Virus record (IMG/VR): IMGVR_UViG_3300047393_000100
Strand: one strand, 5' to 3'
DNA: 64,000 bases
DNA from: a virus
Taxonomy: Duplodnaviria; Heunggongvirae; Uroviricota; Caudoviricetes
Part shown: in pieces, positions 1 to 8,451 of the stretch
How positions within the stretch are numbered: the stretch's first letter is position 1
How the letters are laid out: the number at the start of each line of letters is the position of its first letter
The notes under the pieces: generated by a model
Told to the model about the DNA's origin: nothing
What the model saw: the letters and a program-made list of their open reading frames with translations, nothing else
Databases searched by the model: none
Made by a program: the position numbers and the translations under genes

Positions 1-44
1 TGGCATGGGAGCCGGAAAAGCAGGTTCGATTCCTGTAGAACAAG
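1..44 (+). tRNA. partial tRNA (3' portion); the 5' end lies upstream of the window
   Basis: T-arm GCAGG/TTCGATT/CCTGT at 20-36, 3' acceptor strand AGAACAA and a discriminator. A preceding GGC..GCC hairpin suggests a long variable arm. Confidence 0.4.
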
Positions 45-267
45 CGAACAGGGTTTCACACTTAGACAGCCAACTATGGAAAGTGTAATTGGGATGCTTC
101 AGTCACTGGTGTGATAGACGGTCTGTAAAATCGTTCTGTAAGAGGGTATGGTTCGATTCCACTACAAGGCACTGTCGGCGCCCAAAGGACGCATGACCTG
201 GTCAGAGATTTATTCTTGCAAACTCAATACCTAAAGTTGAGCTGCCAATCTACGGGATTGGCTTTAT

Positions 268-343
268 GCCTCCATGGGCAAACTGGAAAAGCCGTCTGAC
301 TTAGGATCAGAAGATTTTGTGGGTTCAACTCCCACTGGAGGTA
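268..343 (+). tRNA. tRNA with anticodon UAG, class I architecture
   Basis: Acceptor GCCTCCA/TGGAGGT, anticodon stem TCTGA/TCAGA, loop CTTAGGA with U33, and a perfect T-arm GTGGG/TTCAACT/CCCAC; 76 nt. A UAG anticodon would decode Leu, yet there is no long variable arm. Confidence 0.5.
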
Positions 344-346
344 CGA

Positions 347-470
347 AGGAGAGGTAGTGAAGCTGTAGTTGAGAAGTAGAGTGTATTAATTGTCGAAAAA
401 GGGTTTATAGTAAACAGACGTCACTCATTGCACTTAACCAGAAACCCTGAAATACCCGAAGCCTCTCTTA
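347..470 (+). ncRNA. conserved structured non-coding element, copy A (paralog of 57335-57417)
   Basis: About 75 nt alignable to copy B. The stem GGGTTT..AAACCC here corresponds to GGGTTA..TAACCC in copy B, a compensatory change. It contains the shared core ACTCATTGCACT. Confidence 0.35.
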
Positions 471-473
471 AAT

Positions 474-547
474 AGTCAATTAGCTCAGTTGGTTAGAGCA
501 TCGCACTGATACTGCGAGGGTCGTAAGTTCGAGTCTTACATTGACTA
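474..547 (+). tRNA. tRNA-Ile (anticodon GAT)
   Basis: Acceptor AGTCAAT/ATTGACT, D-arm GCTC-AGTTGGTTA-GAGC, anticodon arm TCGCA-CTGATAC-TGCGA, T-arm GTAAG-TTCGAGT-CTTAC; 74 nt. Confidence 0.8.
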
Positions 548-552
548 CATTA

Positions 553-639
553 TGGAAAGTAAACTGAATAGGATTCAGGACCGCTTGCTAAGCGAATCGT
601 GCATTAATTCGCATGGGGATCGATACCTCTGCTTTCCAC
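553..639 (+). ncRNA. non-canonical tRNA-like element
   Basis: 7-bp terminal pairing TGGAAAG/CTTTCCA separated by 87 nt. Internal hairpins CTGAAT-AGG-ATTCAG and GCGAAT..ATTCGC. The T-loop-like GGATCGATACC is atypical. Confidence 0.25.
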
Positions 640-824
640 AATTACCGATTTGATCTAGGATCGAAAATATCTCATAAGTATTTTCAGACAAGAGCGTAAC
701 TTGTAGTCGGTACAATATGGTGTTTGAAGCTTTTTAGTGAAGTGCAAGACTGTGAATCTTGAGAAGACGGGGCAGTACCGTCCTAACACCCAAATTATTA
801 CCAATATATAAATAAGAATTAAAC

Positions 825-895
825 TGGTCTATGGTGTAATGGTAACACAACGGTTTTTGGTGCAGTCGTTTGGGGTTCGAGTCCCTATAGACCAA
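825..895 (+). tRNA. tRNA-Gln (anticodon TTG)
   Basis: Acceptor TGGTCTA/TAGACCA, D-arm GTGT-AATGGTA-ACAC, anticodon arm ACGGT-TTTTGGT-GCAGT with one mismatch, T-arm TGGGG-TTCGAGT-CCCTA; 71 nt. It overlaps the 5' end of listed ORF 839..1417, which therefore probably starts at 911. Confidence 0.6.
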
Positions 896-910
896 CAAAT
901 TATAATTAAA

Positions 911-1417
911 ATGGACAAATATTCAAAGACGCTCGTGCTTGATTCGAGTTTTATGCCAAGAAGCATTATTAGTAGTTTGCGAGCTTTCTCAATTATTTAT
1001 AAAGGAAATGCAAGTGTCGTTGAAAACTTTGATGTACAGTTTAAAGTCGCAGACCCAGAACTTGTAATTTATAAACCTTCAGTTATTAGAGTACCTAAGT
1101 ACGTGCATACTCGCATTCATAAAGTTCCATTAACAAGAGAAAATATTTTTAAAAGAGATAATCATACATGTGTATATTGTGGTTATAATAATAATGCCAG
1201 AAAACTTACAATTGACCATGTGATTCCACAATCAAAGGGTGGACCTAATACATGGGATAATCTTGTTACTGCATGTGGAAAATGTAATGGTGAAAAGGCA
1301 GATTTAACATTAGAGGAGTTTGGTAAAGAAATTCCAGTACCTGTAAGACCTCATTATTTAATGTTAATGAAATCAGTATCATATATCCCAGATAATTGGA
1401 GACCTTATTTATTTTAA
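911..1417 (+). CDS. HNH endonuclease
   Basis: HNH motifs CVYCGY..DHVIPQSKGG..WDNLVTACGKCN. Start moved to the ATG at 911 because 839-895 is a tRNA. Confidence 0.8.
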   Translation: MDKYSKTLVLDSSFMPRSIISSLRAFSIIYKGNASVVENFDVQFKVADPELVIYKPSVIRVPKYVHTRIHKVPLTRENIFKRDNHTCVYCGYNNNARKLTIDHVIPQSKGGPNTWDNLVTACGKCNGEKADLTLEEFGKEIPVPVRPHYLMLMKSVSYIPDNWRPYLF

Positions 1418-1442
1418 TATATACTTTAAATAATATATTAAA

Positions 1443-2531
1443 ATGTCAATACCTTATAGTGGTTCAATATCCATGGGACAGGTTGCTCGCGAGCAATGTA
1501 AACCATTATTAAATGTAAAAATGCGAGATATATCTTCATTTGCAGGATATGTTATAAAAGATTCAATTTCTGAATTTTATGGATATAATAGAATATATCC
1601 ATCAGTATCTGGTCTTTTTAGTCCCAGTTTAAGCAGTCTTGCAATGACTAAAATATCTGGAATGACAGGAATTTGGGGTACAGGTCAAATAACGTATATT
1701 GGATCAGCTCCTCTTAATTTAACATTAAAATGGTATGGATCAGGACAATCTTCATATCCAGGATCTCCTGAATTATATTCACCATGGGCAAATGCATATG
1801 CAACTCAACTTAATTTAACAACAGGGCAAGCATTTACCCTAATGACCGGTTATATAAATACTGCGGAAACTGCAATAAGCGTAAATGCACAAGGATTTAC
1901 ATGTGGGCAATCGTATCCAGCGATTGCAACAAGTACTCCAGTTGCAGTTCCTCCAACTACTACAACGGAAAATTCATTTGTATTTGATGCAGACTTTATT
2001 GTATTAACTTACCAATTCACAGATGGACAAGATTTGGATATAAAGGTTAGAATGGCTAGTCCAGATATTGGGCAGAATACTGTAGCAAATTATATCGGAT
2101 ATCCGGCTCCGGTTCCTCATACTGATAAATGGCCACAGACAGGTAGACCTATATTATCATGGGGTGGTGATCAAACAGGAATTGGTCTTGAATCCGTTTT
2201 AATAGATGTTGTAGCATTTCAATTAGCGTATCCTACTGCAACAAAAATGATAATAGATTTAAGGGCATCATGGTTTGTTACTAAAGGATTTAATCCTGTC
2301 AGCGTTATAGCCAAAATGTATACTGGAGGTACGATGGCAGTAAATACTAGTACAAGGAATTGGGTATGTACTGGCTATTCAGCTACTTCTACTGTAAATT
2401 CGGTTTCCAAAAGTATAACATCAATGTATACCACTGCAGGCAGTGGTGATAGATTAGCAACATTAACATATGACATCTCAACGGGACTAGGAACATTTAA
2501 CACCAATGATACTACAACACCTACTGTATAA
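1443..2531 (+). CDS. Ser/Thr/Gly-rich protein, paralog family 1 (possible structural or fibre protein)
   Basis: N-terminus MSIPYSGSISMGQ plus an EFYGY motif, shared with 7420..7890 and 7974..8414. Confidence 0.6.
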   Translation: MSIPYSGSISMGQVAREQCKPLLNVKMRDISSFAGYVIKDSISEFYGYNRIYPSVSGLFSPSLSSLAMTKISGMTGIWGTGQITYIGSAPLNLTLKWYGSGQSSYPGSPELYSPWANAYATQLNLTTGQAFTLMTGYINTAETAISVNAQGFTCGQSYPAIATSTPVAVPPTTTTENSFVFDADFIVLTYQFTDGQDLDIKVRMASPDIGQNTVANYIGYPAPVPHTDKWPQTGRPILSWGGDQTGIGLESVLIDVVAFQLAYPTATKMIIDLRASWFVTKGFNPVSVIAKMYTGGTMAVNTSTRNWVCTGYSATSTVNSVSKSITSMYTTAGSGDRLATLTYDISTGLGTFNTNDTTTPTV

Positions 2532-2560
2532 ATTGTTAATAACTTTTATAAAAATAATTA

Positions 2561-2589
2561 GCCAAACATTTTCTTGTTTGGCTTTTTTT
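2561..2589 (+). terminator. Rho-independent terminator
   Basis: Hairpin GCCAAAC-ATTTTCTT-GTTTGGC followed by T7. A near-identical copy sits at 15999-16027. Confidence 0.7.
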
Positions 2590-2592
2590 AGT

Positions 2593-2619
2593 TATATTTA
2601 CATTATAATTAAAAAAACA
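2593..2619 (+). promoter_or_regulatory. conserved phage promoter-like box (TATATTTACATTATAATTAAAA...)
   Basis: One member of a family of at least 18 boxes placed 5-10 nt upstream of start codons. Confidence 0.6.
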
Positions 2620-2627
2620 TAAATAAA

Positions 2628-2942
2628 ATGAACACAGTAGACCAAATTGAAATTGTAAAAGAAGTAGTAAAAAATTATTTTGCAGATAATGCACAATGGT
2701 TAAATTTATCTGAATTATCAGAATCTGAAAAATCGCATATTATTGCCATAGGAACTTCAATTCTTTGCACTAAATGGAAAGTTGGATATGAAGGTGGCGG
2801 ATTTGTACAATCATTTGTTAATAATGATTTAATGGGAGCTATTGGAAGTGCCGATGGTACTTCATATAAAGGTTTTAAATTCTTTGCAAGTTTAATGTAT
2901 AATGTTGGAATGCCTTCAAAATTAACACCAAAATATAATTAA
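2628..2942 (+). CDS. hypothetical protein
   Basis: ORF directly downstream of a promoter box. Confidence 0.5.
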   Translation: MNTVDQIEIVKEVVKNYFADNAQWLNLSELSESEKSHIIAIGTSILCTKWKVGYEGGGFVQSFVNNDLMGAIGSADGTSYKGFKFFASLMYNVGMPSKLTPKYN

Positions 2943-2943
2943 T

Positions 2944-3201
2944 ATGAAAAAAATAATAGTAATTCTAGCAATTGTTCTAATGATTACGTCATGTAAAAAA
3001 GAGCATGAAACAACTGGAGTGTACATCACACCCGCCCGGGCAAAAGAAATCCAATATGATGTTAAATTTCTTTTTGAAAAAGATGGTATTAAAATATATC
3101 GTTTTTATAATGAAGGTAGATACCATTATTTCACAACAAATGGCGAAACAATGACTTCACAGGTATCTAATAAAACATCATATGAGGACAATATTCAGTA
3201 A
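2944..3201 (+). CDS. putative lipoprotein
   Basis: Signal peptide with lipobox ...MITSC. Confidence 0.5.
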   Translation: MKKIIVILAIVLMITSCKKEHETTGVYITPARAKEIQYDVKFLFEKDGIKIYRFYNEGRYHYFTTNGETMTSQVSNKTSYEDNIQ

Positions 3202-3242
3202 AAATAAATCACATAAAGTTTTTTTATGTTAGATAAAAGGTT

Positions 3243-3275
3243 TATATTTACATATCAAATTAAAACAAAGAACTT
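3243..3275 (+). promoter_or_regulatory. promoter-like box variant
   Basis: TATATTTACATATCAAATTAAAACAAAG immediately upstream of the ATG at 3276. Confidence 0.5.
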
Positions 3276-3431
3276 ATGGTAATTTATACAGTAATCCCAT
3301 TCTATTTCGATGGAATTGAAATCTTTCAAAATGATGTTGCAAGTTTTGAAAATTACGATGATGCATATTATTTTGCAACAAACCATTTAGATGGAAGAAG
3401 ATTTGAAATTATTGAAAACTTTTTAAAATAA
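3276..3431 (+). CDS. small hypothetical protein (paralog of 58141..58296)
   Basis: MVIYTVIPFYFDGIEIF...IIENFLK has the same length and clear similarity to MTIYTVIPFFSDGIEIF...IIENELN. Too short to appear in the ORF track. Confidence 0.5.
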   Translation: MVIYTVIPFYFDGIEIFQNDVASFENYDDAYYFATNHLDGRRFEIIENFLK

Positions 3432-3437
3432 AAAATT

Positions 3438-4172
3438 ATGGCACAAATATTTAAAGTAGGAGGTTGCATCAGGGATAAGTTTCTGGGCATCGATTCAAAG
3501 GATATAGATTTTACATTCGTTTGTGAAGAATCACAGACAGTTGAGCAGGGTTGGTTAGAGATGCGATCTTGGATGCTTGAGAGAGGATTTGAAATCTTCT
3601 TAGAAACACAAGATTGTTTTACAATCCGAGCAAAGTTTCCAAAGGACCATCAGTTCTCTGGATTGGTTGCAGATTTTGTAATGGCAAGAAAAGAGGTTGG
3701 ATACGTTGAAGGAACCCGTAGACCTATTTTAGAATTGGGTACTCTGGAAGATGATTTACTTCGTAGAGACTTTACCTTAAATGCCCTAGCAGAAGATATT
3801 GATGGAAACATTATTGATCTTTTTGGTGGTATTGAAGATTTAAAGATGGGAATTCTAAGAACTCCAATGGATGCTAACATTACAATGATGGATGACCCAT
3901 TAAGAATTTTAAGAGCCTTAAGATTTACAGTTACTAAGGATTTCTTTATGAGCGATGATATTTGGGAAGCAATGAAACAACCAAACATCTTAAAGAAACT
4001 TGAACAAACCGTAAGTAGTCAAAGAATCAGAGAAGAACTACTTAAAATGTTTCAATTTAACACACCAAGAACATTTAGATTGTTAATGGATGTAGATGAA
4101 ATTATCCCTGGGTTCTTAGAATTGATTTTTAAAGATGGAATGTGGTTACAACCCACTACTAAAAAAATATAA
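3438..4172 (+). CDS. tRNA nucleotidyltransferase (CCA-adding) / poly(A) polymerase family, head domain
   Basis: N-terminal GGCIRDKFLG..DIDF matches the GGxVRD..DxD nucleotidyltransferase head motif. 244 aa, shorter than a full cellular enzyme. Confidence 0.65.
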   Translation: MAQIFKVGGCIRDKFLGIDSKDIDFTFVCEESQTVEQGWLEMRSWMLERGFEIFLETQDCFTIRAKFPKDHQFSGLVADFVMARKEVGYVEGTRRPILELGTLEDDLLRRDFTLNALAEDIDGNIIDLFGGIEDLKMGILRTPMDANITMMDDPLRILRALRFTVTKDFFMSDDIWEAMKQPNILKKLEQTVSSQRIREELLKMFQFNTPRTFRLLMDVDEIIPGFLELIFKDGMWLQPTTKKI

Positions 4173-4174
4173 TT

Positions 4175-4420
4175 ATGAAAAAGTTTTTAGAATTTATCGC
4201 TTGGGAATTGGTAGTACCATTAGCATCGAATATTTTTATGTTTCTCATGGGAATGGTTATGTTCGGATGGGCTCTTAGTTTTTTCGGATTAATGGTATTT
4301 TTTGTGCCAAGTCCAATATGGGTAAGATGGGTCGTAGGGATCTTTGATTCTTTCTGCGCAATCATGATAATCTATGGATGGATATATGATGCATGGAAAA
4401 GGGGTTATAAACAAAATTAA
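4175..4420 (+). CDS. small membrane protein
   Basis: Two or three hydrophobic helices. Confidence 0.45.
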   Translation: MKKFLEFIAWELVVPLASNIFMFLMGMVMFGWALSFFGLMVFFVPSPIWVRWVVGIFDSFCAIMIIYGWIYDAWKRGYKQN

Positions 4421-4439
4421 TTTTTTAAATATAATACTT

Positions 4440-4733
4440 ATGAAACGGGTAGAAGATAAAGAAATTTTAATATGTGAATGTCATTCAACTGACCATCAAC
4501 TTGTAATATTATACGAGGAAGACACATTAGAGGGAGGACATACATATCCGATGTGTTATTTCCATATACATCTAGCAAAGAAACCATTTTGGCAACGAGT
4601 TAAGTATGGACTAAAATATATCTTTGGATATCAGTGTAATTATGGTGCGTTTGATGAGTTTATATTTAACCCAAAGGATGCTAATAAATTACAAGAGTTG
4701 GTAAACTATTTAAAAAAGATTAAAAATGATTAG
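4440..4733 (+). CDS. hypothetical protein
   Basis: ORF 4374..4733 trimmed to the in-frame ATG at 4440 after the preceding gene. Confidence 0.4.
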   Translation: MKRVEDKEILICECHSTDHQLVILYEEDTLEGGHTYPMCYFHIHLAKKPFWQRVKYGLKYIFGYQCNYGAFDEFIFNPKDANKLQELVNYLKKIKND

Positions 4734-5130
4734 AGTATATTTAGATGATGTAAGAACTCCGGTTGATAAAGATTGGACTGTAGTAAGAAACTATGAAGAA
4801 TTTGTTGATACCGTTACTTACATTGGACTTGAGAACATTGACTTAATCTCATTAGACCATGATTTAGGAGATACTGCAATGGCCGAATGGCAACGAAACG
4901 TTTATCATAATTACGAATTAAATTATGATAATATTCTAGAAAAGACTGGAATGGATTGTACTAAATGGTTAGTAGAACAATGGATGGATGGAAGTCCAGT
5001 AGTTGATGTTGTAATCCATTCTGCGAATGCAATTGGTAGCGCAAATATGATGGGTTATATTAATAACTATCGACATATTCATAGGTTACCTCAAAATTGC
5101 GTAAGAGTACGCATAGAACATACTGTATAA
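4726..5130 (+). CDS. hypothetical protein
   Basis: ORF only. Confidence 0.45.
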   Translation: MIRVYLDDVRTPVDKDWTVVRNYEEFVDTVTYIGLENIDLISLDHDLGDTAMAEWQRNVYHNYELNYDNILEKTGMDCTKWLVEQWMDGSPVVDVVIHSANAIGSANMMGYINNYRHIHRLPQNCVRVRIEHTV

Positions 5131-5140
5131 ATCTTATATT

Positions 5141-5536
5141 ATGAATAATAATTTGATGACAAGAGAAGAGATGGATGCTTTCTTAGAAAGTATCGGAGGC
5201 TTAAACAATGGTTATTTTACTGACAGGCCACCTATTAAGAGTCGAGGTTTCTTTTCAGTTTCTGACGGTTGGTTAGGAATTATTAAGAGATTGATTGAAG
5301 ATCTTATAGAACTTGGATGGAACAAAGAAATTTGTCAAGTCAAAGAAAAGTTCGGTGGCCTTAGATTTTATATCAATAGCGGAAGCGAAGAGATTTGGCA
5401 ACGTATTAGATTAGCTGAAGATGCTTCGTATATTACGTGTGAAAAATGCGGTGAATTAGGTCAAATCAGAGGAAATGGCTGGATTTCAACATTATGTGAT
5501 GAACATAGTGGAGGCAAGAAAATTCTAGAAATTTAA
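5141..5536 (+). CDS. hypothetical protein with C-terminal zinc ribbon
   Basis: CEKCG...CDEH. Confidence 0.45.
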   Translation: MNNNLMTREEMDAFLESIGGLNNGYFTDRPPIKSRGFFSVSDGWLGIIKRLIEDLIELGWNKEICQVKEKFGGLRFYINSGSEEIWQRIRLAEDASYITCEKCGELGQIRGNGWISTLCDEHSGGKKILEI

Positions 5537-5574
5537 GATAGTTTCGAATATATAATTCTAAAAGGAATTTTATT

Positions 5575-6360
5575 ATGAAAGCATCTTTATTAAATATTAA
5601 AACATCGCCATTAGATGAAAGGGACATTATTATAGAAACAATAATTAGTCCAAATCTACAAATACAATCTGACTTAGATTATAGAAAAGATATGCCAGAA
5701 GTATGGGACCAAGGAGAAGATGGTCCCTGTTCTAGTTTTGCAGCTGCTGCAATTAAAGCATGGCAGGAGAAGATGAATTATGGACTAAATGAGGAACTTT
5801 CACAATATTTTATATACAATATAAGACCCGATAAATCAATCAAGGGAATTAACCCAAGGATTACCATGCGACTATTACAATCATGGGGAATACCTCGCAA
5901 GAAAATTTATAACAATAGACCAATATCTGACGTTAACAAATTATCTAAAGAGATATTAGATGATGCAAAAAATCATAGAATACTTGGGTATGCTGCAGTA
6001 AATACAATAGACGGTTTAAAGGGTTCTTTAATTAAAAATGGTCCAGCATATATTGCAATGCCAGTTTATAATGAAAGCGATACATTTTGGAAAGGTGGCA
6101 AGGGAGATAAAATGTTAGGTGGACATGCGTTAGTAGTGGTAGGTTATAATAAGATTGGATTTATTATAAGAAATTCATGGGGTTCTAATTGGAATGGAGA
6201 TGGACACACAATATATCCTTACACTGAGTTTGGAATGCACCTAGAAATTTGGACATCAATTGACGATACAACATCAACTCGGCAAGTTCCTTCAACTACA
6301 CCGAAACCAGAAAGAAAGGGTATTGCAGGATTGTTTAAAAGGATATTTGGTAAAAATTAA
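5575..6360 (+). CDS. papain-like cysteine peptidase (C1 family)
   Basis: Catalytic Cys motif GPCSSFAAAA; His/Asn region GGHALVVVGY...NSWGSNWNGDG. Confidence 0.7.
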   Translation: MKASLLNIKTSPLDERDIIIETIISPNLQIQSDLDYRKDMPEVWDQGEDGPCSSFAAAAIKAWQEKMNYGLNEELSQYFIYNIRPDKSIKGINPRITMRLLQSWGIPRKKIYNNRPISDVNKLSKEILDDAKNHRILGYAAVNTIDGLKGSLIKNGPAYIAMPVYNESDTFWKGGKGDKMLGGHALVVVGYNKIGFIIRNSWGSNWNGDGHTIYPYTEFGMHLEIWTSIDDTTSTRQVPSTTPKPERKGIAGLFKRIFGKN

Positions 6361-6404
6361 CAAAAAATTAACACTTATTTTTTTCAAGTATTAAATATTA
6401 TAGT

Positions 6405-6437
6405 TATATTTACATATCTAATTTAAACAAATAAAAT
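6405..6437 (+). promoter_or_regulatory. promoter-like box
   Basis: TATATTTACATATCTAATTTAAACAAATAAAATC upstream of the ATG at 6439. Confidence 0.5.
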
Positions 6438-6438
6438 C

Positions 6439-7383
6439 ATGAAAAAATTATTATTATTATCTGCAATTATATTATTAATGTCATGTGATCCTGGAGAAAT
6501 TCAAGTAGATCCTAAACCTACTCCTCCAATCGTATCAGATGCTCCATTAGCACCAGATCCTATAATCGATACGCCAGTTCCTACTATAAATCTTTCAAAT
6601 TTACCAGAATGGACATTGATTCCAGACCAAAAATTTGAGAATGCATTAATTGCACAGGGAATTGACGATATTTCCGATGGAAGGGTATTAACCAGTAAGA
6701 TATCAACATTGAAAGTATTAAAGGTTGAACACGCTGGAGTAACTAATACTACTGGTCTTGAGAATTTCTTAAGTTTAGAATTTCTTTCTCTATGGGATAA
6801 TCCAATAACTTCAATAGATCTTACACATAATGTTCTGTTACAAATACTAGGATTAAGCGAAACATATCTGGAAACCGTGGATTTATCTAAAAATACAGAA
6901 TTATATAGCGCAGAATTTCAAGGAAATAGTGATAAAAATGAAGATCCAAACTATCCATGGGGTAAAACTAGAGGATTTACATCATTGGATTTTAGTCATA
7001 ATCTTAAACTTCAAAGAATTTATGTAATGTGCAATAGATTAACATCGCTAAATGTTAGAATGTTACCTAAACTAACTGATTTATGGATAGGATGTTCATA
7101 TACAGGACGCACTGGAGGAAATTATATTAAAACAATAGATCTTACTGGTAATCCACGCCTTGGAACATTCATAGTGGCAGGAGGAACCTTTGAATATATT
7201 GATGCCAGAAACGCAAATAGCTCAGGTAATATAATGGTTAATGTTGTCCTTAAAAATAATCCAGATCTAACAAAGGTTAGAGTTACAAATTTAGCGTTAA
7301 TTAAATCTGTTAATGCAATGACTAGACCTGAAGGTCAAAGAGAACCATGGTATTTTGATGCACATACTATTTTATTTGAATAA
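6439..7383 (+). CDS. lipoprotein with leucine-rich-repeat-like segments
   Basis: Signal plus lipobox LLMSC. Repeated LxxLxLxxN-like units. Confidence 0.5.
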   Translation: MKKLLLLSAIILLMSCDPGEIQVDPKPTPPIVSDAPLAPDPIIDTPVPTINLSNLPEWTLIPDQKFENALIAQGIDDISDGRVLTSKISTLKVLKVEHAGVTNTTGLENFLSLEFLSLWDNPITSIDLTHNVLLQILGLSETYLETVDLSKNTELYSAEFQGNSDKNEDPNYPWGKTRGFTSLDFSHNLKLQRIYVMCNRLTSLNVRMLPKLTDLWIGCSYTGRTGGNYIKTIDLTGNPRLGTFIVAGGTFEYIDARNANSSGNIMVNVVLKNNPDLTKVRVTNLALIKSVNAMTRPEGQREPWYFDAHTILFE

Positions 7384-7419
7384 ATAAAGATATATAATAA
7401 ATAAATAAAGATTAATAAA

Positions 7420-7890
7420 ATGGGATTACCATATAGCGGCCAAATATCGATGGGAAATATAAATACTGAGCTCGGAAGAGCAAGTAATACTCCTAATACG
7501 AGATTGGCAGGTGGATTAACTCCGACAATATCTTCTCTATTTGGATTGGCAGATTCAACAATAAATAAAGTAGCTCCTCATCGTATTTCAGAATTTTACG
7601 GTTATTCAAGGGATTATATATCATTCAGTGGATTATATTCAATTGGATATAATGGAAGCGTCAATGGAACTGTTACTGTATCTGGGGGTCCACATAATTT
7701 TTCAGCAGGCGCAACTCAATTCGGAGGAGGAACAACGACTGCGAATATCGTAGTAAACGGTATATCTAGAAGCCGTACTCAAGCTGGAAATGGAACATCA
7801 TATTCAACAACCTTTCAATTAGGAGAAGGAGTATATTCATATTCATTAAGCGTATCTTTGACTGGTAGTGGTAGTGGTTTTATAAATTAA
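7420..7890 (+). CDS. Ser/Thr/Gly-rich protein, paralog family 1
   Basis: MGLPYSGQISMGN.. and SEFYGY, shared with 1443 and 7974. Confidence 0.55.
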   Translation: MGLPYSGQISMGNINTELGRASNTPNTRLAGGLTPTISSLFGLADSTINKVAPHRISEFYGYSRDYISFSGLYSIGYNGSVNGTVTVSGGPHNFSAGATQFGGGTTTANIVVNGISRSRTQAGNGTSYSTTFQLGEGVYSYSLSVSLTGSGSGFIN

Positions 7891-7973
7891 AATATTTCTT
7901 AAAAATATAATATATCTATTAATATGAATGATATGTTAGACTAAATTAGATATATAAAAAAAAAAATAATAAT

Positions 7974-8414
7974 ATGAGTTTAGTATATAGTGGGGCAATT
8001 TCTTTAGGACAAATTAATACAGAAATGGGAGGACCTGGAACTAATAAAAGTTTAACTTCTAATTCGGTCAATGCAGGAAAGGCGCCAGACCATGGCATCC
8101 GAGAATTTTATGGTTATACCCGAAAATACGTATCCTTTAGTTCATTATATTCTATAGGATATAACGGTAGCGCAAGTGGAACTGTTACAATAACGGGAGC
8201 AGCTAATTTTTCAGCAGCAGCACTAAAAACAAATACAGGTGGTATAAATGTTTCAATAACTGTTGGAGGAATTACCAGAACTGCATCGAGGTCTACTGCA
8301 GGAACTACATTTTCTACTACATTTCAACGAGGAACGGGTACATACGCATATTCGTTGAGTGTAAGTTCATTAGTCGGCTCTGGCTCTGGATACATAGACG
8401 TTGTAATGGTTTAA
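7974..8414 (+). CDS. Ser/Thr/Gly-rich protein, paralog family 1
   Basis: MSLVYSGAISLGQ.. and REFYGY. Confidence 0.55.
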   Translation: MSLVYSGAISLGQINTEMGGPGTNKSLTSNSVNAGKAPDHGIREFYGYTRKYVSFSSLYSIGYNGSASGTVTITGAANFSAAALKTNTGGINVSITVGGITRTASRSTAGTTFSTTFQRGTGTYAYSLSVSSLVGSGSGYIDVVMV

Positions 8415-8451
8415 TTTTAAAATATTTTATTAATTCTAAAAAATTCATTAA

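Noticed and set aside
140-175. T-loop-like GGTTCGATTCC at 150-160 suggesting another tRNA.
   Set aside because: No T-stem or acceptor complementarity could be built. The region aligns instead with the conserved structured element of 57241-57334.
839-910. 5' extension of the HNH ORF (track start 839).
   Set aside because: 825-895 folds as a tRNA-Gln, so the coding start is more likely the ATG at 911.
3650-3988. Minus-strand ORF 3650..3988 and similar antisense ORFs: 4159..4365, 8317..8720, 12840..13022, 13773..13955, 14232..14420, 14900..15109, 15737..16069, 16116..16304, 22318..22548, 22717..22902, 25483..25677, 26204..26389, 28139..28372, 29680..29886, 36813..37001, 37716..37976, 39256..39486, 41561..41851, 43538..43762, 44392..44643, 45569..45871, 48256..48438, 49126..49314, 50552..50788, 55430..55672, 57140..57406, 59377..59712.
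   Set aside because: Each is fully embedded antisense in a longer + strand gene that has recognisable motifs or better context. They are AT-rich shadow ORFs.
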